Source of the DNA: Alphaproteobacteria bacterium
GTDB lineage: Bacteria; Pseudomonadota; Alphaproteobacteria; Rs-D84; SZUA-605
Direction of reading: 5' to 3'
DNA length: 64,000 nt
Assembly (NCBI GenBank): GCA_031549385.1
Contig: JAVBPW010000001.1
Span: 192,001 to 256,000, forward strand
Shown here: positions 40,941-48,789 of the stretch, piece after piece
Layout of the letters: each line of letters begins with the position of its first letter
Position numbering within the stretch: the first letter of the stretch is position 1
The notes under the pieces: model-generated
The model's database searches: none
Told to the model about the DNA's origin: nothing
The model's input: only the letters and a program-made list of their open reading frames with translations
Made by a program: the position numbers and the translations under genes

Positions 40941-41096
40941 GAAAATCTCCTTGTTTATCCTTTTATTCTAATAATTTTAACATATTTTTGATTTTGAAAC
41001 AAGGCTTTTTATGATAAAAATTCTTGCTGAAACTGAATTTCACTGTGGCTTTGAGAAGTTTGATGATTGATAATTTAAAAAATTTCATTTCTTACC

Positions 41097-41121
41097 GAAT
41101 ACTTTTTATTTACCTCACGTA
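41097..41121 (+). promoter_or_regulatory. Possible ECF sigma-type promoter
   Basis: GAATAC-N15-CGTA upstream of the first gene of the ECF cluster; spacing slightly short of typical. Confidence 0.3.
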
Positions 41122-41155
41122 TATATGGATGTAACCACAAAAAAAGGAGATTAAA

Positions 41156-41554
41156 ATGGTTAAGAAAATATTATTAGTACCCGCATTATCAATTGCTTTA
41201 TTAACAGGATTATCTGGGGAAGCTCAAGCTAATGCTCAAGGAAGAATTTATAACTTGAAAGGACAACAAAAAAATCAACCTACTCAAGTAAATAAAAATA
41301 ACAAACACAATAATCATAATAACAATAAAAATTATGCACATAATAATCATAATGTAAGACATGTGCCACCTAAACAAGTCGTTGTTGTTAAACCACAACC
41401 TGTTAGGCCAGTTGTAATACACCAAACAGCTCACAGACATGTTTATAACACACCTTGTTATAACGGATGTAACAATAATAAACAAAATGATACTATTGCT
41501 TTAATATCATTAGGAGTACTTAGTGTAGGTATGTTACTTGCAGCTGCTAAATAG
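41156..41554 (+). CDS. Hypothetical secreted/membrane protein, Asn/His-rich
   Basis: Signal peptide (AQA), N/H low-complexity stretch, C-terminal hydrophobic helix, RBS AGGAG. Confidence 0.75.
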   Translation: MVKKILLVPALSIALLTGLSGEAQANAQGRIYNLKGQQKNQPTQVNKNNKHNNHNNNKNYAHNNHNVRHVPPKQVVVVKPQPVRPVVIHQTAHRHVYNTPCYNGCNNNKQNDTIALISLGVLSVGMLLAAAK

Positions 41555-41619
41555 TTGCGATTTGAATTTGGTAATGCTAATAAGGAATATATTTATATAA
41601 AAAGAAGGTTGTAGTCTGA

Positions 41620-42171
41620 ATGTACGAAAATGATGATGCTGAATTAATGAAACAAATAAGTGATGGTAACCATAGTGCTTTTACTACACTTGTAAGAAAA
41701 TATACTAAATATTTTTATGCCATCGCTTATAGACATGTTTCAAACAAGGGCATTTCTGAAGATATAATTCAGCAGTCATTTTTAAAAGTATGGGAATGTC
41801 CATATAAATTTGACTCCTCAAAAGCTCAATTTAAAACTTGGTTTGCTAGAATCGTTATAAACCTATGTTTAGATTACAACCGAAAAAATGAATACAATGT
41901 TGAATATAATGACGAAAAAGAAGCAGATGATGGTTCTTGCTGTATAAGCGTTACTATTGAACAAAAACAAAAACAGGAATTACTTGAAAAAAGTATTCAC
42001 AAATTACCTGCATCTCAGCAGATGGCTATTAATCTTGGGTTTTATCAAGGGTTGCCATATGCTGAGGTAGCAAAGATAATAAAAGTATCCGAGCCAGCGG
42101 TTAAATCTTTAATCATGCGAGCAAAAGACAATATAAGAAAATATATGCAAGGAGAAGGCTATGTTGAATAG
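41620..42171 (+). CDS. ECF-type RNA polymerase sigma factor
   Basis: D.ELM.....G...AF..L, EDIIQ..FLKVW, F.TW..RI..N.CLD, region 4 (LP..Q...GL.Y.EVA....S...VKS.I.RA). Confidence 0.92.
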   Translation: MYENDDAELMKQISDGNHSAFTTLVRKYTKYFYAIAYRHVSNKGISEDIIQQSFLKVWECPYKFDSSKAQFKTWFARIVINLCLDYNRKNEYNVEYNDEKEADDGSCCISVTIEQKQKQELLEKSIHKLPASQQMAINLGFYQGLPYAEVAKIIKVSEPAVKSLIMRAKDNIRKYMQGEGYVE

Positions 42172-42415
42172 AAAATTTGAAGAATCATCAATTGATTTAT
42201 CTGATAAAATTATCAGTAAATCATACACAATAAAACAGCGTAAACCAGCTGGTTTATATGTTAAAGAATATTTTTTTGGATATATGAATATATCTAAAGC
42301 AAACTTTGCATATCTTTCTGTGGCTATGTTTGTTTGTGGGATAATAATGGAATTATCTATTAGTCAAAGCGTTAATGTGTTTGACCTAATGGATAACGTA
42401 TACATTGGAATGTAA
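42161..42415 (+). CDS. Putative anti-sigma factor (single TM)
   Basis: Overlaps the sigma gene end; one hydrophobic helix. Confidence 0.55.
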   Translation: MLNRKFEESSIDLSDKIISKSYTIKQRKPAGLYVKEYFFGYMNISKANFAYLSVAMFVCGIIMELSISQSVNVFDLMDNVYIGM

Positions 42416-42440
42416 CTAAAAAGAAAGGAGTAAAAAAACA

Positions 42441-42890
42441 ATGTCAAAAACAACAAAAATAATATTTATAATATCAGTATTGGTTAATGTACTGTTTATC
42501 GGATCAATCGTTGGTGGAGCTATTAAGCATTGCAACCACAGAAGAGAATTTAAATTTACAAAACAATTCTCAAATTTTGATAAAGAACAAAAAGCTAAAG
42601 TAAATGAAGAAAGAGCTAAACTTTTTGAAATATTAAAAGCTGATAATTTTAATAAACAAGAATTTGATGCTCAATTAGATAAAGTGTCTAAGCTTCAAGA
42701 AAATATGTATGTTAAATTTATGAATGATATGGCTACTAATTTGTCAGCTATGCCTAAGGAAGAAAGATTAAAGACTATTGAAGATATCAATAATCGTTTT
42801 GATAAACCTTTCTATAAAAAACCTGGACATAAACGCAGGTTTGATAAAAGACATGAACCAGAAGGTAAACATAGACCAGATAGACCATAA
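42441..42890 (+). CDS. Periplasmic heavy-metal-sensor / Spy-CpxP-like protein
   Basis: S..VNVLFIG..VG anchor; helical L...L.A..F...and M..EER pattern; His-rich tail. Confidence 0.7.
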   Translation: MSKTTKIIFIISVLVNVLFIGSIVGGAIKHCNHRREFKFTKQFSNFDKEQKAKVNEERAKLFEILKADNFNKQEFDAQLDKVSKLQENMYVKFMNDMATNLSAMPKEERLKTIEDINNRFDKPFYKKPGHKRRFDKRHEPEGKHRPDRP

Positions 42891-42891
42891 G

Positions 42892-42914
42892 AAAATGCCG
42901 AAAGGCATTTTTTT
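42892..42914 (+). terminator. Terminator of ECF cluster
   Basis: AAAATGCC-gaaa-GGCATTTTTTT. Confidence 0.8.
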
Positions 42915-43064
42915 AAAATTAAAAATAATTATAATTTATAATGACTTTTAAAATAACCTATTCTATAATTATTATTATCTTTAAATAGGAATTTGTTCTC
43001 ATTGACAAATAATGGTTTTAAAACTGTAATTAAGATTAAATAATATATTTTAAAATTTTATGTT

Positions 43065-43316
43065 ATGAGTAAAAGAAACCATGACAACCAGGGATCAATC
43101 TCACCATCAGAGGCAGCTCAAAAAGCATATGAACATTTGGGTTCAAATGCAAGTTGTGAACTTGATATTGAACATGACAGAGTTAGAAGTGTTTCAGCAG
43201 ATGGGCATCGAAGTGTTTTATTTCATGATCATGATGATGACACAAAAGGTGGTCCTCACATACATTTGAAAACTGAAGGTGAAACAAAAGACACCGTTTA
43301 TCAAATTAACGATTAA
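43065..43316 (+). CDS. Hypothetical 83-aa protein resembling a polymorphic-toxin C-terminal tip
   Basis: A...LG...SADGHR.V...GGPHIHL pattern; TTGACA upstream and own terminator. Confidence 0.55.
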   Translation: MSKRNHDNQGSISPSEAAQKAYEHLGSNASCELDIEHDRVRSVSADGHRSVLFHDHDDDTKGGPHIHLKTEGETKDTVYQIND

Positions 43317-43322
43317 CTATTT

Positions 43323-43350
43323 AAAGGTGGATTTTTTTATCCACCTTTAT
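43323..43350 (+). terminator. Terminator after 83-aa ORF
   Basis: AAAGGTGGAT-tttttt-ATCCACCTTT. Confidence 0.72.
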
Positions 43351-43378
43351 TAATATTGATATATAGAGGAGAAATTAA

Positions 43379-43717
43379 ATGAAAGACTTTCCAAATGGTA
43401 AATTTTTATACAATTCGACAATAGGTGAAACTTCTGGCCTTTATCTATATCTAGATAAAGTGCAAAATTATCGTGACGAAGTGGTATCTGAATATTCCTT
43501 ACAATGGTATAGCAAAGATTATAAGTTGTCTTATGATGAGTATTATATAGCTTATGGTAAGATTGAAAATGGAAAAAAAGTTTACAGAAAAGCTAATAAC
43601 AGAAATATCATTTATAATACAAAACAAGAATTAGTCGAGGATATAATAAAGGCTATAAAAGAATTTGCCCATATAAATATAAAGAAAGAAGTCATAGAAG
43701 CTTTTGTAGAGTTTTAG
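43379..43717 (+). CDS. Hypothetical protein (Tyr-rich, 112 aa)
   Basis: RBS GAGGAG, ATG start, no recognised motif. Confidence 0.65.
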   Translation: MKDFPNGKFLYNSTIGETSGLYLYLDKVQNYRDEVVSEYSLQWYSKDYKLSYDEYYIAYGKIENGKKVYRKANNRNIIYNTKQELVEDIIKAIKEFAHINIKKEVIEAFVEF

Positions 43718-43873
43718 ATTTTAAAGAGGATACAAAGTTATCTTACCTTAGCAGACAAGGACAATATTAATTGTTACAGTTATACTATAGCAACATACAA
43801 TTTTAACTTGTTAGATGAACTTGTTCCTTGTGAAAGCTTCCAATATAAATCTTATAACCCTCAAGGAATTATT

Positions 43874-43900
43874 AAAAAAAGCGCCTTCTGGCGTTTTTTT
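43874..43900. terminator. Bidirectional terminator at tRNA-Lys 3' end
   Basis: AAAAAAAGCGCC-ttct-GGCGTTTTTTT. Confidence 0.8.
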
Positions 43901-43905
43901 AAAAG

Positions 43906-43981
43906 TGGTGGGTGTTACAGGAATCGAACCTGTGACCCAATGATTAAAAGTCATTTGCTCTACCGGCTGAGCTAAACACCC
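43906..43981 (-). tRNA. tRNA-Lys (TTT)
   Basis: GGGTGTTTAGCTCAGCCGGTAGAGCA-AATGA-CTTTTAA-TCATT-GGGTCACAGGTTCGATTCCTGTAACACCCACCA; 76 nt with encoded CCA. Confidence 0.97.
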
Positions 43982-44092
43982 ACATTGACGATTTATGCAG
44001 GGTATAATAAAAAAAGCTCCGCGTCAAGTAAAAATGTAAAAATAAAAAAAGCTCATAATATTTCATGAGCTTTCTTTTTTAATAAGTAACGA

Positions 44093-44392
44093 TTACCACT
44101 TTTTAGCAGCTTTCTTTACAACTTTTTTAGCAACTGGTTTTTTTGTAGCTACTTTTTTAGGTGCAGCTTTTTTTACAGTTGGTTTTTTTGCAGCTACTTT
44201 TTTAGGTGCAGCTTTTTTTACAACTGGTTTTTTTGCAACTACTTTTTTAGGTGCAGCTTTTTTTACAGTTGGTTTTTTTGCAGCTACTTTTTTAGGTGCA
44301 GCTTTTTTTGCAGTTGCTTTTTTTACAACTGGTTTTTTTGCAGCAGCTGGTTTAGCAGCTGGTGTTACTTTTTTTAAACATTTTCCAAACAT
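44093..44392 (-). CDS. Histone H1-like Lys/Ala/Pro/Val-rich protein
   Basis: KKxxx pentapeptide periodicity, four KKAAPKKV..KKP.. units, RBS GAGGAGG, downstream terminator at 44045-44080. Confidence 0.82.
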   Translation of the reverse strand: MFGKCLKKVTPAAKPAAAKKPVVKKATAKKAAPKKVAAKKPTVKKAAPKKVVAKKPVVKKAAPKKVAAKKPTVKKAAPKKVATKKPVAKKVVKKAAKKW

Positions 44393-44497
44393 TTCGTTTT
44401 CCTCCTCTTAAATATTTGTCAGGATCCTCTCCTTAATTTCAATTATATAATTTTTCTTTACGTAATTCAATACCTTTTATTACATTGGTCAAAAAAA

Positions 44498-44998
44498 TTA
44501 TTTAGTAGAAATTATTGATGGCGTAAATTTATCAAAAGTTATTTTTGAAATTTCTTTTGGTAAATCTTTTTTTTCTATCCATATCCATTTTTGTGTTCTT
44601 CCAAATGGTCCAATTTTTCCACGAACATTTAAATCTCTATTAGGCTCTGACCACATAACACAAGTGTATGTCTTTCCTTTTTTTGGATCAGTAATTTTTC
44701 CACCCTTATATTCGTTACCATCTTTTTTCATATCGTAAATTATATCCAATCCACACATAGATGGATCACCTTTAAATTTATCTGCTACTAATTTTTTTTC
44801 ATTGATTGTGTCTTTAACTTTTCCATCTTCATCATAAATTAAAATTATTCTTCCATAAACTTTTGAATTATTTTCATAAACTGCAACAATAGATTTTGGT
44901 TTTCCTGTTTCATCGTCTATTGTTTTATAAAATCCTGTTATCGCATATGCGTTAACTGATATTAAAAGTGTTAAAATTACCATTATTAGTTTTTTCAT
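44498..44998 (-). CDS. DUF2147 family secreted protein
   Basis: Signal peptide, G.YKTIDDETG..KS.V, GGKI.DP..GK.Y, L.VRG.IG.FGRTQ.W. Confidence 0.88.
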   Translation of the reverse strand: MKKLIMVILTLLISVNAYAITGFYKTIDDETGKPKSIVAVYENNSKVYGRIILIYDEDGKVKDTINEKKLVADKFKGDPSMCGLDIIYDMKKDGNEYKGGKITDPKKGKTYTCVMWSEPNRDLNVRGKIGPFGRTQKWIWIEKKDLPKEISKITFDKFTPSIISTK

Positions 44999-45098
44999 GC
45001 CTGCTCCTTTAGGTTAAAATGACATAAACCAAAATTAACTTGACTTTTTACAAAAAACAAGATATTTTTTGCCAGATAGAAACTAAAAAGGTGAAACT

Positions 45099-45521
45099 AT
45101 GTCAAGACAATGCGAAATTACTGGTAAAAAGAGACAAATAGGTTGTAATGTATCTCACTCTAAGAGACATACAAAGAAAACTTTCTTACCAAATACTAAA
45201 AAAGTTAAATTAACTAGTGATGTTTTAAAGAAAACTTTTGAACTTACTCTTTCTTCTCACGGACTACGTACTGTTGAAAAGAATGGTGGGTTAGATGGGT
45301 ATCTTTTAAAATCAAAGAATGGTAACTTAAACGAAACTTTGAAAAAAATCAAAAATGATATTTTAAAAGTACAACCTTTCGAAAAGAAAGAAACTACTAA
45401 AAAAGCTGTTGCTAAAAAAGAAGTTAAGAAAAGAATTGCTAAGAAAGCTGCTGCGCCTAAAAAGGAAACAGCTAATAAAAAGACTGTTGCTAAAAAGGCT
45501 ACAGTTAAAAAAGAAGCTTAA
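45099..45521 (+). CDS. rpmB: 50S ribosomal protein L28 with Lys/Ala-rich C-terminal extension
   Basis: MSRQCEITGK...NVSHS.RHTK..FLPN, LRTVEK.GGLD.YL. Confidence 0.95.
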   Translation: MSRQCEITGKKRQIGCNVSHSKRHTKKTFLPNTKKVKLTSDVLKKTFELTLSSHGLRTVEKNGGLDGYLLKSKNGNLNETLKKIKNDILKVQPFEKKETTKKAVAKKEVKKRIAKKAAAPKKETANKKTVAKKATVKKEA

Positions 45522-45540
45522 AATATTAGCAAAACAGTTA

Positions 45541-45568
45541 AAACTCCTTGTAATCAAGGAGTTTTTTT
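45541..45568 (+). terminator. Terminator after rpmB
   Basis: AAACTCCTTG-taat-CAAGGAGTTTTTTT. Confidence 0.8.
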
Positions 45569-45627
45569 ATTTGCCTTTTTTCAATTTAGCATTTAAACTT
45601 GTTTACAAATATTAGTAGAGGGTAAAT

Positions 45628-46113
45628 ATGAAGTGTCCATTTTGTTCTTTTGAAGATACACAAGTTAAAGATTCCAGAGTTTCTGAAGACGGCTCTTATA
45701 TAAGACGACGTAGAATATGTTCTGAATGTGGCTCTAGGTTTACTACATTTGAGAGAATTCAACTTAGAGATATTACTGTTGTTAAGCGTGATGGACGAGA
45801 AATGCCTTTTGATAGAGAAAAGATTTTAAGATCTATTACACTGTCATGCAGAAAACGCCCTATTGATGGTGAACAAATAGAAAAAATAGTTAATGGAATT
45901 CAAAGAAGCTTAGAAACAAGTGGAGAGTCTACTGTTACTTCTGAATATATAGGACAATTAGTGTTAGATGCATTAGAAGTGTTAGATTTTGTTGCATATA
46001 TTAGATTTTCATCAGTTTATAAAGATTTTGGCTCAAAAGAAGACTTCTTAAAGCTTATAAAAGATTTACCTGAACTGCCTGTGATTAAAAAAGAGAAAAC
46101 TCAATTATTTTAA
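45628..46113 (+). CDS. nrdR: Transcriptional repressor NrdR
   Basis: MKCPFC...VKDSR...RRRR.C..C..RFTTFE, ATP cone, VAYIRF.SVY. Confidence 0.97.
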   Translation: MKCPFCSFEDTQVKDSRVSEDGSYIRRRRICSECGSRFTTFERIQLRDITVVKRDGREMPFDREKILRSITLSCRKRPIDGEQIEKIVNGIQRSLETSGESTVTSEYIGQLVLDALEVLDFVAYIRFSSVYKDFGSKEDFLKLIKDLPELPVIKKEKTQLF

Positions 46114-46518
46114 TTAGTATTTAAGTAAGAGGTATGAATTAAGACGTGAAAGAATGTCTTGATTATCTGTTTTAATGCTTTTTGGTAAAGTAGATAATGT
46201 TAGTATTATATTAGTGTTTGGATTGTCCAAAAATTCAAAAAAGTTTAAAAGTATCTTATTATCTAAATTTGGAAGCTGAGTATCTATATCATTAATTATT
46301 ATCAATTTATCTTCTTGATTTATGTTCTTTAAAAAGTTTAAATCTGTAATTGTTGAAGCATTTAAATTGGTTTTTAACCAATCTAATATCTTATTTCTTT
46401 CCTGCATATCATTTCCATAAAGTAAGATATTTTTTGTTGGAAAAGCCGGAAAAGACTTAAGTACTTGAAGTATTTCTTGATTTGGATTAGCATCAAAAAA
46501 TAAATCTGAATTCATCAT
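46114..46518 (-). CDS. Truncated/degenerate DnaA-Hda-like protein
   Basis: LLYG with eroded Walker A, IIINDID Walker-B-like, DILSRL (cf. DLxSRL). Start taken at the ATGA overlap with the upstream gene. Confidence 0.55.
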   Translation of the reverse strand: MMNSDLFFDANPNQEILQVLKSFPAFPTKNILLYGNDMQERNKILDWLKTNLNASTITDLNFLKNINQEDKLIIINDIDTQLPNLDNKILLNFFEFLDNPNTNIILTLSTLPKSIKTDNQDILSRLNSYLLLKY

Positions 46519-47108
46519 TGGCTTATCCATCCTATTAAAAAAACTAATGCAAATATTACTATACATATAAAGATTAGTATGTATTCTAACTTCTTTTCTA
46601 TAAATTCTTTTGCTTGTTCACCATATTTCTTTAATAAAAATGCTATTAGGTAAAATCTTGCAAACCTTGATAATGCGCACATAAAGATAAACATAACTAT
46701 GTCACATTTTACAAAACCTGAAAATAGTGTTACTAGCTTATATGGGATTGGAGTTATTCCACCAAGGAATACTATAAAGGCGTCATATTTATCATAAAGA
46801 GCTGAAAAACTTGCTAATTGATCTTGAAGAGAAAAATATTGAATTAAATGCACACCAATACTATCAAAAAACATATAACCTATTAAATACATTGCTATAC
46901 CACCAAGAACAGAGAACAATGAAACTAAGAAAGCAGCTTTATATATCTTCTTTGGAGCATATATACAAAATGGAATAAGTAATACCTCATTTGGAATTGG
47001 AAAAAATATTGCTTCTGTAAATGAATATATTGCTAATATTAGTAATGCATATGGAGATTTTGCCATATTTGTAAAGTAATTATAAAGCGGACGCAGATAT
47101 TTTTTCAT
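46515..47108 (-). CDS. YqaA/DedA (VTT) family membrane protein
   Basis: SFTEAIFFPIP.EVLLIP, SVLGG..Y.IG, TPIPYKL.T..SG, SR..RFY. Confidence 0.9.
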   Translation of the reverse strand: MKKYLRPLYNYFTNMAKSPYALLILAIYSFTEAIFFPIPNEVLLIPFCIYAPKKIYKAAFLVSLFSVLGGIAMYLIGYMFFDSIGVHLIQYFSLQDQLASFSALYDKYDAFIVFLGGITPIPYKLVTLFSGFVKCDIVMFIFMCALSRFARFYLIAFLLKKYGEQAKEFIEKKLEYILIFICIVIFALVFLIGWISQ

Positions 47109-47198
47109 GATTTTTTCATTATAGATACACTACAAAAAAATATCAATAAATTAAATCTTGATTTTTATATTTTTTTTCGTATACTAGTTCTTCGTTGT

Positions 47199-47275
47199 GG
47201 GTGATTAGCTCAGTTGGTTAGAGCATCTCGTTTACACCGAGAGGGTCTGCGGTTCGAGTCCGTAATCACCCACCA
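47199..47275 (+). tRNA. tRNA-Val (TAC)
   Basis: GGGTGATTAGCTCAGTTGGTTAGAGCA-TCTCG-TTTACAC-CGAGA-GGGTCTGCGGTTCGAGTCCGTAATCACCCACCA; 77 nt with CCA. Confidence 0.97.
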
Positions 47276-47306
47276 TCTTTTTAATCAGAGTACATAGGAG
47301 CTTGCT

Positions 47307-47531
47307 TTGATAAAACCAGGTCAGAAATATTTCCATTATAAAAATAAAGATAAATTTTACCGAATAGTTGCTGTTGGTAAATATAAATCAAATTTAGAAG
47401 ATGTTGTTGTGTATGAAACATTATACCAGAATCCTTTAAGCAATATATGGGTGAGAACTGTTGAAGACTTTTCTTCATTAGTTGACATTGATGGAAAAAA
47501 ATTTCCAAGATTTACTTTAGTCGAAGAATAA
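47307..47531 (+). CDS. DUF1653 family protein
   Basis: Y.HYK...Y......E..VVY..LY....WVR....F...V...PRF. Confidence 0.85.
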   Translation: MIKPGQKYFHYKNKDKFYRIVAVGKYKSNLEDVVVYETLYQNPLSNIWVRTVEDFSSLVDIDGKKFPRFTLVEE

Positions 47532-47595
47532 GGGAATGATTTCTTATTGAACTTTATCTTTCTTAATGGTAAATTATTTTTTTAGAGGATGAACC

Positions 47596-48789
47596 ATGAG
47601 AATAAAATCTATTTTATTGTTTTTTGCTATTTCTTTGTTAATTATCCCAGCGATAGCTCAAGAAAAATTGTCTATTGATAATTCTAAACCTGAAGGAAAA
47701 GAAGAAAAGAAAAAACTATCTTTTATCGATCCTGTGGATGGATATTTTGACGTTAGTCAATTTGTTTTACAAATGCATGGTTTTATTCCTGTTCCTATTA
47801 TTATTACTGAACCTGCTGTTGGAGGATTTGGACTTGGGGTTGTTCCTGTATTTATTCAACGAAATGATCCTATTGTAAAAGATGGAAAAACTTATCCTGT
47901 ATCACCGACTATGACTATGCTTGGTGGTGCTTATACTGCTAATGGAACCTGGTTGCTGGCAGGGGGGCGAGTTGGGCATATTAAAAGATATGGTATAGAT
48001 TATAAAGCAGCTATTGCTTATGCTGATGCTAATTTAGACTTTTACCAATATTTTCCTAAACTTAATCAAACTGCAAAATTTGGATTTAATATGGAAGTAA
48101 TACCTGTTTATTTATATTTAGGAAAAAAACTTTGGGACCCAAGATTTTCTGTTGGGGTGGATTATGTTTTTGCTGATATAAAATTAAAACCTGATTTTGG
48201 ATTAGATGTTCCTGAAGAATGGGTTAAGACTTTTGAATCTAAATTGTCGACTATTGGGTTAGTTGGAGAGTTTGATAGCAGAGATAATACTTTTACTCCT
48301 AATAGTGGAATTAAGGCTAGCATTAAGGCTAAGTTTAGCTCTGAATATATTGGAAGTGATCATGATGTGCAACAATTGGAAGAAGCTATTTATTGGTATG
48401 TACCTTTTACAAAAAAATGGGTGAGTGGATTTAGAGTAGATTTTCAACAAATTTATGGAGACTATCCTTTTTATATGAAACCTTATGTTGATATGAGAGG
48501 TATTCCTGCACTTAGATACCAAGGAGAGAATACTGCTTTGGTTGAAGTGGAAGAAAGATATGATATAGGGTCTGCTGGCAGATGGAGTGTAGTTGGATTT
48601 GGTGGCCTTGGAAAAGGTTTTGATAAATTTAGTGAATTTAATGATATGCCTCTTGCTTGGAGTTATGGCGTTGGTGGACGATATTTAATTTCTCGAATCT
48701 TAAAACTTAGAGTTGGAGTTGACGTTGCTATGGGACCTGAAGGTCCAACATATTACATCATCTTTGGAAGCGGATGGATGAGGCAGTAA
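47596..48789 (+). CDS. BamA/TamA (Omp85)-like outer-membrane barrel without POTRA domains
   Basis: Signal peptide, PVPIIITEPAVG, FDSRDNTFTP..G, MRG....RYQG, G.G.RY, GVDVA. Confidence 0.75.
   Translation: MRIKSILLFFAISLLIIPAIAQEKLSIDNSKPEGKEEKKKLSFIDPVDGYFDVSQFVLQMHGFIPVPIIITEPAVGGFGLGVVPVFIQRNDPIVKDGKTYPVSPTMTMLGGAYTANGTWLLAGGRVGHIKRYGIDYKAAIAYADANLDFYQYFPKLNQTAKFGFNMEVIPVYLYLGKKLWDPRFSVGVDYVFADIKLKPDFGLDVPEEWVKTFESKLSTIGLVGEFDSRDNTFTPNSGIKASIKAKFSSEYIGSDHDVQQLEEAIYWYVPFTKKWVSGFRVDFQQIYGDYPFYMKPYVDMRGIPALRYQGENTALVEVEERYDIGSAGRWSVVGFGGLGKGFDKFSEFNDMPLAWSYGVGGRYLISRILKLRVGVDVAMGPEGPTYYIIFGSGWMRQ

Noticed and set aside
41011-41070. 19-codon ORF MIKILAETEFHCGFEKFDD
   Set aside because: Too short, no convincing RBS or motif; could be a gene remnant but cannot be supported
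43715-43717. Genome-wide TAG or TGA recoding
   Set aside because: Conserved genes end normally at TAG (rlpA, tgt, era, mnmG) and others at TGA (lptF, yqaA-like); no conserved gene shows internal stops
42915-43905. Integrative element or prophage at tRNA-Lys
   Set aside because: No integrase and no duplicated tRNA 3' end found; only a small islet can be supported
46519-46566. Upstream extended starts given by the ORF track (also tgt 1055, rsmE 36478, mnmE 39887)
   Set aside because: Downstream starts fit RBS position, gene overlaps and family N-termini better
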